DNA of 62,883 nucleotides, counting the filler, from Chiloscyllium plagiosum (lineage: Eukaryota): the NCBI RefSeq assembly GCF_004010195.1. It is 5 parts of one record of this genome, joined end to end, with 100 filler letters (N's around TTAATTAATTAA, not from the genome) between each part and the next. Parts side by side here need not be neighbours in the genome. Positions count along the whole stretch, not along the records: positions 44,806 to 58,927 come from NC_057715.1; 4 more parts are not named here. One strand, written 5' to 3'. The notes under the pieces were generated by a model. That model had not been told where the DNA came from and searched no databases. It was given only the letters and a program-made list of their open reading frames with translations. The number at the start of each line of letters is the position of its first letter. The first letter of the stretch is position 1. The translations under genes and the position numbers were made by a program. Positions 47,149-58,237 of this stretch are shown piece by piece.

Positions 47149-47571
47149 TACATCACTCTTCATATTGATGAGAATTCTATCATATTCGGTCACTCTTCCC
47201 CAAGGGACCTCACAATTAGATTTCCAGTTATTCCTTTCTCATTAAGAACAAAGAAACATTTACAGCCCAGGAACAGGCCCTTCGGCCCTTCAAGCCTGAG
47301 CCGATCCAAATGTACTGTCCAAATGTACATAATGGTCTGTTCTCCAGTCAGCTCCTCAATGCATTATGGCCAGTTAGCTCAGTTGGCTGGACAGCAAGTT
47401 TGTGATGTAGTATGATGCCAGCAGTATGGGTTCAATTCCTGCATTGGCTGAGGTTACCATGAAGGGGTCTCCCTCCGAACCTCTCCCCCTTGCCTGAGGC
47501 ACGGCGATCCTCAGGTCAAACCAACAGCAGTTGTCTCTCTCTCTCTCTTTCTCTCATGCACAACCCACAAT

Positions 47572-47606
47572 CACCTGATGAAGGAGCAGCACTCCGAAAG
47601 CTAGTG
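47572..47606 (+). ncRNA. Minimal hammerhead ribozyme motif, family C
   Basis: CAC-CUGAUGA-A-GGAG-CAGCA-CUCC-GAAA-GCUA-GUG: stem I CAC/GUG, stem II GGAG/CUCC, palindromic AGCU, CUA cleavage triplet. Confidence 0.78.
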
Positions 47607-47625
47607 CTTCCAAATAAATTCCAAA

Positions 47626-47950
47626 TGGGCAGCACGGTGACACAGTGGTTAGCACTGCTGCCTCACAGCGCCAGAGACACTGGTTCAATTCCCATCTCGG
47701 GCAACTCTCCGTGTGGAGTTTGCACATTCTCCCCATGTCTGCGTGAGTTTCCTCCGGGTGCTCCGGTTTCCTCCCACAATCCAAAGATGTGCAGGCTAGG
47801 TGAATTGGCCATGCTAAATTGCCCGTAGTTTTAGGTGAAGGGGTAAAAGTAGGGGAATGGGTCTGGGTGGGTTGCTGTTCAGAAGGTCGGTGTGGACTTG
47901 TTGTGCTGAAGGACCTGTTTCCACACTGTAAGTAATCTAATCTAATCTAA
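47626..47950 (+). mobile_element. HE1-type SINE nested in the family C element
   Basis: Full head, V-domain, (tctaa)n tail. Confidence 0.95.
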
Positions 47951-48711
47951 AAAAAAATCTGTTGGACTATAACCTGGCATCGTGTGATTTTTAACTCTCT
48001 CACGGACAACAACTCTATAGTCTGGTAGGACTATGGTGACATTAATCTTTTACCTCAGTGTATTTGTTCAGAAAACCATCCTGTATAGAGGAATTCTTCC
48101 TCTGTGATATTATTACTGATTTGATTTGTCCAATCTATATACAGATTAAAGTCACCCATAATTACAGATTGTCCTTTATTACATGCATCGCCAAATTCTT
48201 GTTTAAATCTATTCCCAACATCACACCAACAGTTTGGCAGTCAATATACAACCCCTTTGAATATTCTATGCCTCTTGATATTTCTCAGCTCCACCTTTAA
48301 ATATTCCACATTGTCAGAGCTAATATCCTTCCTCATTGTTGCATTCATTTTATCTTTAACCAGAGATGCAACTCAGCTCCTTGTGAATACCCAAGGATGT
48401 TCAGTTCCTGTCCCTGGTCACCCTGTAGCTATGTCTCCATAATCCCAACTACATTATTACCAGCTTTCATATATTTGCATGATTAATTCATCCACAAATG
48501 TCCTGTACTTCAAGGCACAAAGCCTTAAGACCTGTCTTTTTAACATTCTTTCCCTGTAGCTATCATCTTTTATGATGTCCCTGTTTCAATCAGGTCCTTG
48601 ATTTCTCCGTCTATCACTTGTCTTATTCCCCTTTCCACGTTTTTTTGTTCTCAGTCATAGTCACAGAGGTCTGCAGCACAGTAAAAGGCCCTTTGGCCTA
48701 TCAAGTCTGCA

Positions 48712-48865
48712 CTAATCACAAACAACCGCCTAACCAATCACAAACCACCGCCTAACCAATCACAAACCACCGCCTAACCAATCACAAACCACCTAACCGA
48801 TCACAAACAACCGCCTAACCAATCACAAACAACCGCCTAACCAATCACAAACAACCACCTAACGA
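48712..48865. repeat. 22-nt tandem repeat, about 7 copies, inside a CR1 3' UTR
   Basis: Unit aac(a/c)accgcctaaccaatcaca. Confidence 0.92.
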
Positions 48866-49009
48866 TTCTAATCCCATTTTGCAGGGACTAGCCACAGGAG
48901 ACTTCTCCATAACCCCCTCGTCCTCTCGCTCCACCAGGTGGTCACCCATTGCTTTCCTGCCATGCGGTGTAATCCCTTGCCGCGTTAGTGCTCCCCAAGT
49001 CCATTTGAG

Positions 49010-50160
49010 CCATAATGTTACACAGTGTAAACAGGCCCTTCAACCCACTACATGTACGCTGACAAATGAACAACTACATTAATCCTATTACCCTGCACGT
49101 GCTCAATAGCCTACGATGCACTGGTGTTTTAAGTGCTTATCCAGATGCCTCTTGAATTCTGTGAGAGTATCTCCCTCCACCACCCTCTCAGGCAGCACCT
49201 TCCATATTTCTACCATCATCTGGGGAAAAACATTTTCTCAGATCTCCTCTAAATGCCTCACCTTAAACATATGTCGTCTGGTCTTAGACACGTCTGCCAT
49301 GGGGAAAGATTCTCACAATCTACTATGTCTGTCTCTCTCATAATTTTGTATGCATCAATCAGATCCCCCCTCAGCTTCTTCTGCTCCAGAGAAACAAGCC
49401 CAGCCTGTCCTGTCTCTCCTCATAGCTGAGACTTTCCATCCCAGGCAGCATCCTGCTGAATCTCCCCTGCACCAAGGTGGGCACAAAGTATTTGTTGATG
49501 ACTGTGCCCATACCTCTGGGCCAACACACACACACATTACCTTCTATAGAACAGTACAGCACAAGAACAGGCCCTTTGGCCCATCACTATAACCCCATCT
49601 AGGATCTAAATGTGTTTATCATCCACTCAAACAGTATCCTCATCCCATTCCCAATATATTAACCAAGTACATAAGTCACCCTAAAGGCTGACATGGTCCT
49701 GTGTTTAAGCTGTCAGTTCCACAGCTTGCAAAAACAGTGTTTTGTGAAAACACAATTGTGCACTCACTCCCAGCTCACATTGAAAGCAACATTTGTAAAC
49801 ATTGAAGAGGAAAATAACAGGCTGTAGAAGACTAGGCTGGTGATCGAGACATACACAAGGAAGATTCAATTCAATAGAGAAGGCAAACTGATCCATTTTC
49901 AGGAAATAAAATCATTGGTCTAATTGGAATGTTAAAGCAGCAGAGAATGCTTTATACACGCACATTAAAGTAGACAGGGCAAGTTAAAGAGTATATTGTG
50001 AAGCCTGACCCTAACTATAACCCTAATACAATACTTAATGATCACAGGCATAGAGTATAAAAACAAGGAGGAATGATAAACCTGCAGTGGAGATTCCTGT
50101 CCAGTTCTGGACCCCTCACTTTCAACTGTCAGGATCTTGGAGAGGATGCAGAGAACGTGG
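49010..50160. mobile_element. CR1 3' fragments (minus 49010-49475 and 49545-49600; plus 49860-50160)
   Basis: VQGRFSRMLPGMESLSYEERQDRLGLF (ORF 49371-49562). Confidence 0.75.
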
Positions 50161-50184
50161 TACCAGAGACCAACCTCACAATAC

Positions 50185-50775
50185 AGGGGATAGTGTACTG
50201 GGAGCTCTCCTCTGTGTCTAATCCCATGCTGTCCCTGTCCTGGAAGCATTTGGTGGGGGACAGTGTAGAGAGAGCTTTACTTTCAGTTTAAAGAGTAAAG
50301 GCATTTTACTTTAATGTTAAAAGTGAGAGGGCTTTATGCTGTTCCTAACCCTGTGTATACCTTAAAAATGTGTTGCTGGAAAAGCGCAGCAGGTCAGGCA
50401 GCATCAAAGGAACAGGAGAATCGACGTTTCAGGCATAAGCCTTTCTTCAGGAATTCCTGAAGAAGGGCTTATGCCCGAAACGTCGATTCTCCTGTTCCTT
50501 TGATGCTGCCTGACCTGCTGCGCTTTTCCAGCAACACATTTTTAAGCTCTGATCTCCAGCATCTGCAGTCATCACTTTCTCCTGTGCTATACCTGTCCTG
50601 AAAGCACTTGATGGGAACAGTGCTGAGGAAGCTTTACTTTCAGTTTAACGGAGTCGAGTCTCGCTATACCTAACCCCATGCTGTCCCTGTGTGGGAGTAT
50701 CTGATGGGGTCAGTGTTAAGGTAGCTTTACTTTCTGTTTAAAAGAGTGCAAGGAGCTTTACTCTGTAGCTAAGTA
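50185..50775. repeat. Degenerate minisatellite, interrupted by a palindromic insert
   Basis: Recurrent ccatgctgtccctgtcc..tgatggg.cagtg..gagctttact units. Confidence 0.75.
50361..50583. mobile_element. Young palindromic PLE-terminus element with two head-to-head hammerhead motifs
   Basis: 93-nt arms centred on GAA|TTC (50453/50454) with two mismatches seen; 37-nt tail at 50547-50583; flanks cctgtg(c)tatacct. Confidence 0.92.
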
Positions 50776-51829
50776 TGTAACGTTTTCAACAAATTCTCTG
50801 TGCAGTCCAAACTTGTGGAAAGATCTTTTTCATATCCTGATCACAAACCCCACCTCAACACAGGTGAACACCTGGTGTAAACACCCCCCTGGTTTCCTGC
50901 TGACTATCTAACCCTCAGTACAATCACAATGAGGGCTGGGGGATCCACAGAATGCAGACGGTGTACAGGAGAATGAAGAATGACCGACACACAGGGGTCA
51001 CTCTCGACTGATCATCGAATCACTTGTGTTGGCACTGCTTTTACTTTTCAGTTGGATGAAAAAGTTTGACTCCAGAATTTAAAAGAATGAACTATGTCAA
51101 ACATTGCACACAGGTGTCTCCCGGATCTGCCCACACATGTAAGACACAGTGAGAGCGGCCTGACTGATTCACATCAAATTCAACCTTACCCCAGTCTTAA
51201 CGTAGTCTTACCCCAATCTTACCCCAGGTTAAATCCACACTGTTTCCCGACTCTGCACAGGAGCTAACTCTTCACAAACAGTTATAACGAATAACAGGAA
51301 GACCAGATCACTGTCAAAGTTCACGCCCGCTCACTAACTCTCAAACTGAATCAATTTTCCTTTAAAAAACATTTCTCCAGTGCCGGTGGGTTACAGGAAA
51401 TGACGGCGCAGGCAAAACTGGAAACACCAATCTCTCCCTGTTATTCATCCCAGAACATTCTTGTCATCTGAAGTTTGTTTAATCCGGGAAACATAGCTCC
51501 ACAAAAACAGAGCTTTAACTCCATCGACTCCCCTCTCCTGAAAATCTCTTGACCCTCTCACTTGCACAACTGAAGTCACTCTCACTCTCATTCTCAGGGA
51601 GAATTTAACCCTCTCAGCCTTTTCACAGGGATGGAGAATTACTGTTCCTGAAAGTGTAAAGTATATGACAACATTGAACAGCCATTTATGACGGTTGAGT
51701 CGTGAGGGTTGGGTTGAGCTGCATGGTGTATCAGGGCCAAAACAACCATCTTCACTGGACACTGACTGTCTCCGTACCCTCGGCAGCAGCAGGACCCTGA
51801 GTTAGGCTGCACATCATTTTTAATAATTT

Positions 51830-52150
51830 ATTCATGGGATGAGGGCATCTCTGGCTGGGTCAGTATTTATTGCCCATCCCTAATTGCGTAGAGGGCAGTT
51901 AAAGGTCAACCACATTGCTGTGGATCTGGAGTCACGTGTACACTGGACCAGCTCAGGACAGCGGTTTCCTTCCCTAAAGGTCATTAGTGACCCAGATAGA
52001 TTTTTACGACAATCGACAAAGGATTCATGGTCATCATTAGATCCTTGATTCCAGATTTTTATTGGATTCAAATTCCACTGTAGCAGGATTCAAACCTGGT
52101 ACCCAGAATATAACCTGGATCTTTGGGTTAACAGTCCATCGATAAATCAA
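51830..52150 (-). mobile_element. Full-length bipartite tRNA-head SINE
   Basis: Head ggaggcgatgacctgg..ggtttgaatcc, core gtcgtaaaaa..gtgactccagatccacagcaatg, LINE-type tail gggatgggcaataaat..cccatgaataaa. Confidence 0.8.
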
Positions 52151-52369
52151 CCAGGTCATCGCCTCCTTCTGAGATCAGCCATCGTCTCATTGAAGGTTGG
52201 GACTGGCTTGAGGGACTGAATGGCCTCCTCCTGTTCAGATGTGCCTAACAGGGTTCTGACTGGAGAGCTCAAACTCCAGCTGGTAACGATAGTACAGATA
52301 CACAGATGATGCTGGAGTAACAATAGATGTCCGTGCTCAATTCCCAACAGCCCACATCGTCAACATCTT

Positions 52370-52790
52370 TTTTATTTGTTTACAAGATTGTGGCATCACT
52401 GGCTGGGCCCAGCGTTTATTGCCCATCCCTAGTTGCCCCTTGAGAAGGTGGGGGTGAGCTGTCTTCTTGACCCACTGCAGTCCATGTGCTGTAGGTAGAC
52501 CCACGATGCCCTTAGGGAGGGAATTCCAGGATTTTGGCTCATTCAATAAGATTACAGCTGATCTGATCAGTCCACATTCACCCCACTCCATCTGTTGTCT
52601 CACAGCGCAGGGACCTGGGTTTGATTCCAGCCTCAGGTGACTGATTATGTGGAGTTTGACCCAATGACAGGGAACTATGATGTATTTCTAAGTCAGGATG
52701 GTGAGTTGCTGGAGGGTAACTTGCTGGGGATGGTGTTCCCATGTATCTGCTGTCCTCGTCCTTTTAGGTTGTGGATTTGGGAGGTGCTGC
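52370..52790 (-). mobile_element. Second-family LINE 3' tail with small nested CR1/HE1 pieces
   Basis: KSWNSLPKGIVGLPTAHGLQWVKKTAHPHLLKGQLGMGNK (ORF 52337-52603). Confidence 0.75.
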
Positions 52791-53051
52791 TGAATTCAAT
52801 AAATCTGGTTATGTCCAGCTTTGCAGCAAAGAACATAAACTGTTGCTCAATGCTGTCAGATGTTTTTACAAATTAAGGAACCGGAGGAGGCCATTCAGAC
52901 TCTCACATCCATTCTACCAATCAATGAGATTATGGCTGATTAGTGAGTTCACCCCAGCACACACTTACTCCTTATGTCTGTAATGGCCTTTGATTAATAA
53001 TAACCTATCAATCTTAAATGCAAACAAACAATTGACTGATCATTAATTACT

Positions 53052-53203
53052 AGGAGAAAGTAAGGAATGCAGATGCTGGAGATCAGAGTCAAAAGGTGTG
53101 ACGCTGGAAAAGCACAGCAGGTCAGGCAGCATCCGAGGAACAGGAGAGGCGGTGTTTTGGGAATAAGCTCTTCATCAGGAATTTCCAGTAGCACACTTTT
53201 TGT
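53052..53203 (-). mobile_element. PLE-terminus element with short inverted stub and 16-nt target duplication
   Basis: ctgatcattaattact at 53036-53051 and 53204-53219; degenerate hammerhead CTGATGAAGAGCTTATTCCCAAAACACC on minus strand. Confidence 0.88.
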
Positions 53204-53467
53204 CTGATCATTAATTACTGTTTACAAAAGTGCTCCAAACTCTGACACCCTTGTTATGTTGATGTAATTCCTATCTTCTCTCCTGTAAAATCTAACTTTC
53301 AGATTCTACCTTAGTCCTAGACTCCCTGAACAACAGAAACTCTTTTTCTTGACCAACCCTAACAGTTACAGACATTCACATAAATCAAGAATAGGCCATT
53401 CAGCCCTTCAAGCCTGCTCCACATTCAATAGGATCACAGCTGATCAGATCAGTCCACATTCATCCAC

Positions 53468-53717
53468 CTGCTGCCTCCAGGGATCTGGGTTCGATTCCGA
53501 CCTTAGGTGACTGACTGTGTGGAGTTTGCATGTTCTCCCCATGTTTGCGTGGGTTTCCTCTGGGTGCTCCAGTTTCCTCTCACAGTCCAAAGATGTGCAG
53601 GTCAGGTGAATTGGAGATGCAAGATTACATGGATTAGGTTTTTGGGGGTTGGGTCTGGGTGGGATGCTTTTTAAATAGTTGGTGTGAACTTGTTTGGTCG
53701 AATGGCCTGTTTCCACA
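53468..53717 (+). mobile_element. HE1-type SINE nested in a minus-strand CR1 3' end (53375-54050)
   Basis: B box ggttcgattcc, V-domain, tail. Confidence 0.88.
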
Positions 53718-54639
53718 TATGTATATATTAACCTTTCACCCCTTGCTTATCAAGAAACCAACTCTGCCCATAAAATACTCAAGGATTCAGCCTGCACCTC
53801 CTCAGGAACAAAGACTCATGACCTTCCAGGAAGACAACTTCATCTCGTTCCTATCCAAAATGGGTGACCCCTGATTTTAAACTGTTCTAGATTCTCCCAC
53901 AAGAGGAAACATTCTCTCCACATTCACTCAGTAAGGACCCCTCAGGATCTTGTCACCTCTGACTCTTTGAAACTCCAGTCAATACAGTTCAGCCATCCCT
54001 CTGAAGACAACCCTCCTACTCCAGATACTGGTCTAGAAAACCTTAATATCTTCAAAATCACACTGCACATTCTGTATTCCAGGAAAACAATCATATTTTG
54101 GACAATGTTATTCATAATTTAACATTTTGATTTCTGGTATTACTCTGGTAAATCTACACTGCACTCTGTTCTAGACTAATATTTCCTTGCAGAGCCCAGA
54201 ACTGCCTGTAGGGTTTGGACTGACTGGCCATGGAGTGTACCAGTACTCCATCAATTCATTATTGTTTTCTGAATCTCTTCACAACATCATCCAATGAAAT
54301 TCTTGTAAGGTCCAAAACTTAAACTGAGAAACCAGATTTTGCAACATACTTTTCCTGTTGTCTCTGTGTCTCTTTCTAACCTCATATTTCCAACTACACT
54401 CTTCAGAATCCAGTACATCTTGGTATCATCAGCAGGTTTAAGGACATAATTTTGTATTCCATCCTGGAAGTGGAAGCTACTGTTATTGGCAGGACTGGGC
54501 ATAAGACTAGACCCAGGTAACGTCCCATGGGGAGACAATGGCCTGGTGGGATTATTAGGCGATAGTAAATGAGAGACCTAGGTAATGGTCCAGGGACCCA
54601 GATTCAAATCCCACCACAGGAACCATCTGAAATTAAAAA

Positions 54640-56440
54640 CCTAGGATCATACCGGAGAGAAGAGGCTCTTTGGCCCATCAGATTTGTATCAACAAAATTT
54701 ACTTCTATCTGCACTAGTCCCACTTGGCCACTGCCTTGAATGTTATGACATTTCAAGTGCTCATCCAAGTACGTTTTGAAGATTATAAAGTTTCCTGTCT
54801 TAACCACCCTCCCAGGCAATACATTCCAGTTTCTCACTGTCCTCTAAGTGAAAACATTTTTCCTCAAATCCTCTCTAAACTTCCTGCCTCACCCTTGAAA
54901 ATTATGCTCCTTGTTTACGACCTTTCAACTAAGGGGAAACAGTTGCTTCCTATCCACTCTGACCATGCCCCTCAAAATCTTACACATTTCTATCAGGTCC
55001 CCTTACAGTCTCCTCTGCTCCAAAGATAACAAGCTTATCCAGCCTCTCTTCATTGTTAAACTGCTCCATCCGAGGTAACATCCTGGTGAGTCTCCTCTGC
55101 ACCCTCTCCAATATAATCATATCCTTCCAATAGAGTGGGAACCAGAACTGCACACAATACTCCAGCTGTGACCTGACCAAAGTTCTGTACAACTCCAACA
55201 TCACGGCCCTACTCTTATAATCTGTGCCATGACTGATAAAGGCAAATATCCCATATACGTTCTTAATGACCATATTAATTTGTCGTGTTCATTCATCCAG
55301 TGTGCATTACCTCACAGTGATCAGGGTTAAATATCATCTGGCACTGATCTGTCCATATGACCCATCCATTTACATCCTCCTGTAACCCAAGACCCTCCTC
55401 CACACTGTCAGCACTGATCCTTGTATCATATTGTACTTCAGTCACACACACAGCCCTCTACCACCACCCTATGGCTCCTCTCTCTAACAGAATTCTAGAT
55501 CCATCTTGCCAAGTTACCCTGGATCCAAAGTGCTTTTACATTTTTCGTCTGTTTCCAACATGGGACCTCGTCAAAGGTATTGCTGAAATCCATATAAATG
55601 GCATTATCCTCATCAACACTCCTGGTTACCTCCTCGGAAAATTCCACTAGATATAAATGATGTGAATATAGGAGGTATGCGTAATAAGTTTGCAGATGAC
55701 ACCAAAATTGGAGGTGTAGTGGACAGTGAAGAAGGTTACCTCAGAGTACAACAGGATCTTGACCAGATGGGCCAATGGGCTGAGAAGTGGCAGATGGAGT
55801 TTAATTCAGATAAATGCGAGGTCTGCATTTTGGGAAAGCAAATCTTAGCAGGACTTATACACTTAATGGTAAGGTCCTAGGGAGTGTTGCTGAACAAAAA
55901 GACCTTGAAGTGCAGGTTCATCACTCCTTGAAAGTGGAGACGCAGGTAGATGGGATAGTGAAGGCGGCATTTGGTATGCTTTCCTTTATTAGTCAGCATA
56001 CTAAGTACAGGAGTTGGGAGGTCATGTTGTGGCTGTACAGGACATTAATTAGGCCACTGTTGGAATATTGCGTGCAATTCTGGTCTCCTTCCTATCGGAA
56101 GGATGTTGTGAAACTTGGAAGGGTTCAGAAAGGATTTACAAGGATGACAAGTGCTGGTTTAACACTCTCCCATTATCCTCCTGCTCCACACACAAATTGT
56201 CCCCTTGGTCCCTCATGAGTCCGACTCTTTCCCTGGTTATCCTTTTCTTCGCATATACTTCAGAGAATATCTTGGGATTCTTCCTAACTTTACCTGCCAG
56301 TGGTTTTTCACACCCCCTGTTTATTATCCTAATTTCTTTTTTCAGATACCCTCCTGCACTTTCCACCTTCCATTGGGCTTCCAACCAGTAACTATCGTGA
56401 ATGGCAGATGTCAAACTAACGTCCTTTTTTTTAGAACAGG
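54640..56440. mobile_element. CR1 on minus strand (54640-55647 and 56147-56440) with a plus-strand CR1 RT segment (55648-56147)
   Basis: ORF 54980-55273 LVRSQLEYCVQFW; ORFs 55662-55880 KFADDTKIGG and 55814-56218 LIRPLLEYCVQFWSP. Confidence 0.88.
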
Positions 56441-56444
56441 TCTC

Positions 56445-58005
56445 GGCTACCTGTGACTCCAGACCCACAGCAATGCAGCTCCCTCTGAAATAGCCTAGCA
56501 AGACACTCATTCGTATAAAACTGTGAAAAAGTTTCAAAGGACTGAAACTAGCCACCTGGCATCGTCCTTGGCACCGGGAATGGTAATGCCAGAAACAGCC
56601 CTAATGAACCTGCGAAGTCCATCTGACTAACCTCTGGGAGTAGTGCCAAAATTAGGTGAGCTGTCTCACAGACTAGTCAGGCAACAGCCTGACATAATCA
56701 TATTAACGAAATCATATCTTACAGACAATGTCTCAGACACCCCCAGTACTATGTCCTATCTCACCAGCAGGACAGACCCAGCAAAAGTGGCGGCACAGTT
56801 GTATACTGTCAGGAGAGGTTACTCTGGGAGTTTTCAACATTGACTTTGCACTCCATGAAATCTCATGGCTTCAGGTTAAACACGGGCAAGGAAACCTCTT
56901 GCTGGTTGCATTGTACCATGCTCCCTCAGCTGATGAAGCAGAACTCCTCCATGTTGAACAACACTTGGAGGAAACACTGAGGGTGATAGGGCACAAAATG
57001 TACTCTGGGTGGGGGATTTCAGTGTCCACCACCAAGAGTGGCTCAGTAGCAGTATTACTGATGGAGCTGGTTGGGTCCAAAAGGACATCGCTACAGGACT
57101 GGGTCTGCGGCAGGTGGTGAGGGTACCAACAAGAGACAAAAGCATACTTGACCTCATCCTTACCAATCTGTCGGCTGTAGATGCATCTGTCCATGACAAT
57201 ATCGGTAAGAGTGACCATTGCACAGTCCTTATGGAGATGAAGACCCACCTTCACTTTGAGAATAACCTCCATTGTGCTGTGTGGCACTATCACTGTGCTA
57301 AATGGGGCTGACTTCAAATAGATCCAGCAACTCAAGACTGGGCATCTATAAGGCACTGTGGGTCAAGAACAGCAGCAGAACTGTACTCCAGCGCAACCTG
57401 TAACCTCATGGCCCAGCATAACCCTCACTCAACCATTACCATCAAACCAGGGGATCAACCCTGGTTCAATGGAGAGTGCATAAGCAGCACCAGGCATACC
57501 TGAAGATGAGGTGAGAACCTGATGAAGCCACCAAACAGGACTACCTGCAGAAACAGCAAGTGATAGACAGAGCCAAGGGATCCCACACCCAATGGATCAG
57601 ATGTAAGCTTTGCCCTCCTGCTACAGTCAGTTGTTAATGGTGGACAAGAAAACAACTCACTGGAGGAGGAGACTCAACAAATACTCTCTTCCTCAATGAT
57701 GGGATGGTACAGTATAGCCACTCCCTCCAGCATTGACACTCAGTAGCAGTAGTGAGCATTATTTACAAGATGCACTGCAGAAATTCACCAAATATCCTAA
57801 GACTACTTCTATTTAGAAGGATGAGGGCAGCATATACATGGGAATACCATCCTCTTCTAATTTCCCTCCATGCCTTTCACCATCCTGACTTGGAAATATA
57901 CCACTGTTCCTTTAGTATCACTGGGCAAGGGCTTTGTGGCTAACCCTACAGCATATAGACTGCAGCGGTTCAAGAAGACAGCTCTCAAGGGGCACCCCAG
58001 CCCAA
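56445..58005 (+). mobile_element. Second-family LINE: 5' leader, APE endonuclease, large internal deletion, 3' tail
   Basis: PKLGELSHRLVRQQPDIIILTKSYL; GDFSVHHQEWL..PTRDKSILDLILTN..IGKSDHCTV; tail ctgcagcggttcaagaag. Confidence 0.88.
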
Positions 58006-58237
58006 TGAATCACTCAGCAAGCAGCTCAAACATGGATCTCTGTAATTATAAAAGGGACTTTCCCAGGGAAACGAGAGTTTCCTCAAGAGTATGAAAAAGA
58101 CAAAAAATACACGAGCATTTCCGAAAATAATTATCAGCCACAAACAATTTAGGGTTCATGCAACAGTTCAAGGCCATCCATTATATTCAGAATACTGAGA
58201 CATGGAACATTTATTCATAAAAATTGCAAAGCACTGC

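Larger units (their letters stand above)
47367..48045 (+). mobile_element. tRNA-derived SINE (third family) split by nested inserts at 47555-47996
   Basis: A box tagctcagttgg, B box ggttcaattcc; 3' part ctatagtctggtaggactatggtgac resumes after 47996. Confidence 0.7.
45583..48640 (-). mobile_element. Old CR1 ORF2 (APE/linker) heavily interrupted, including a plus-strand CR1 3' fragment at 45825-46432
   Basis: Reverse complement VIMGDFNLYIDWTNQI-like at 48120-48165; PGPESLHPRVHKEVA-like at 45620-45670. Confidence 0.75.

Noticed and set aside
51445..51762. 105-aa ORF as a host gene exon
   Set aside because: No recognisable motif, non-ATG start and only weak splice context.
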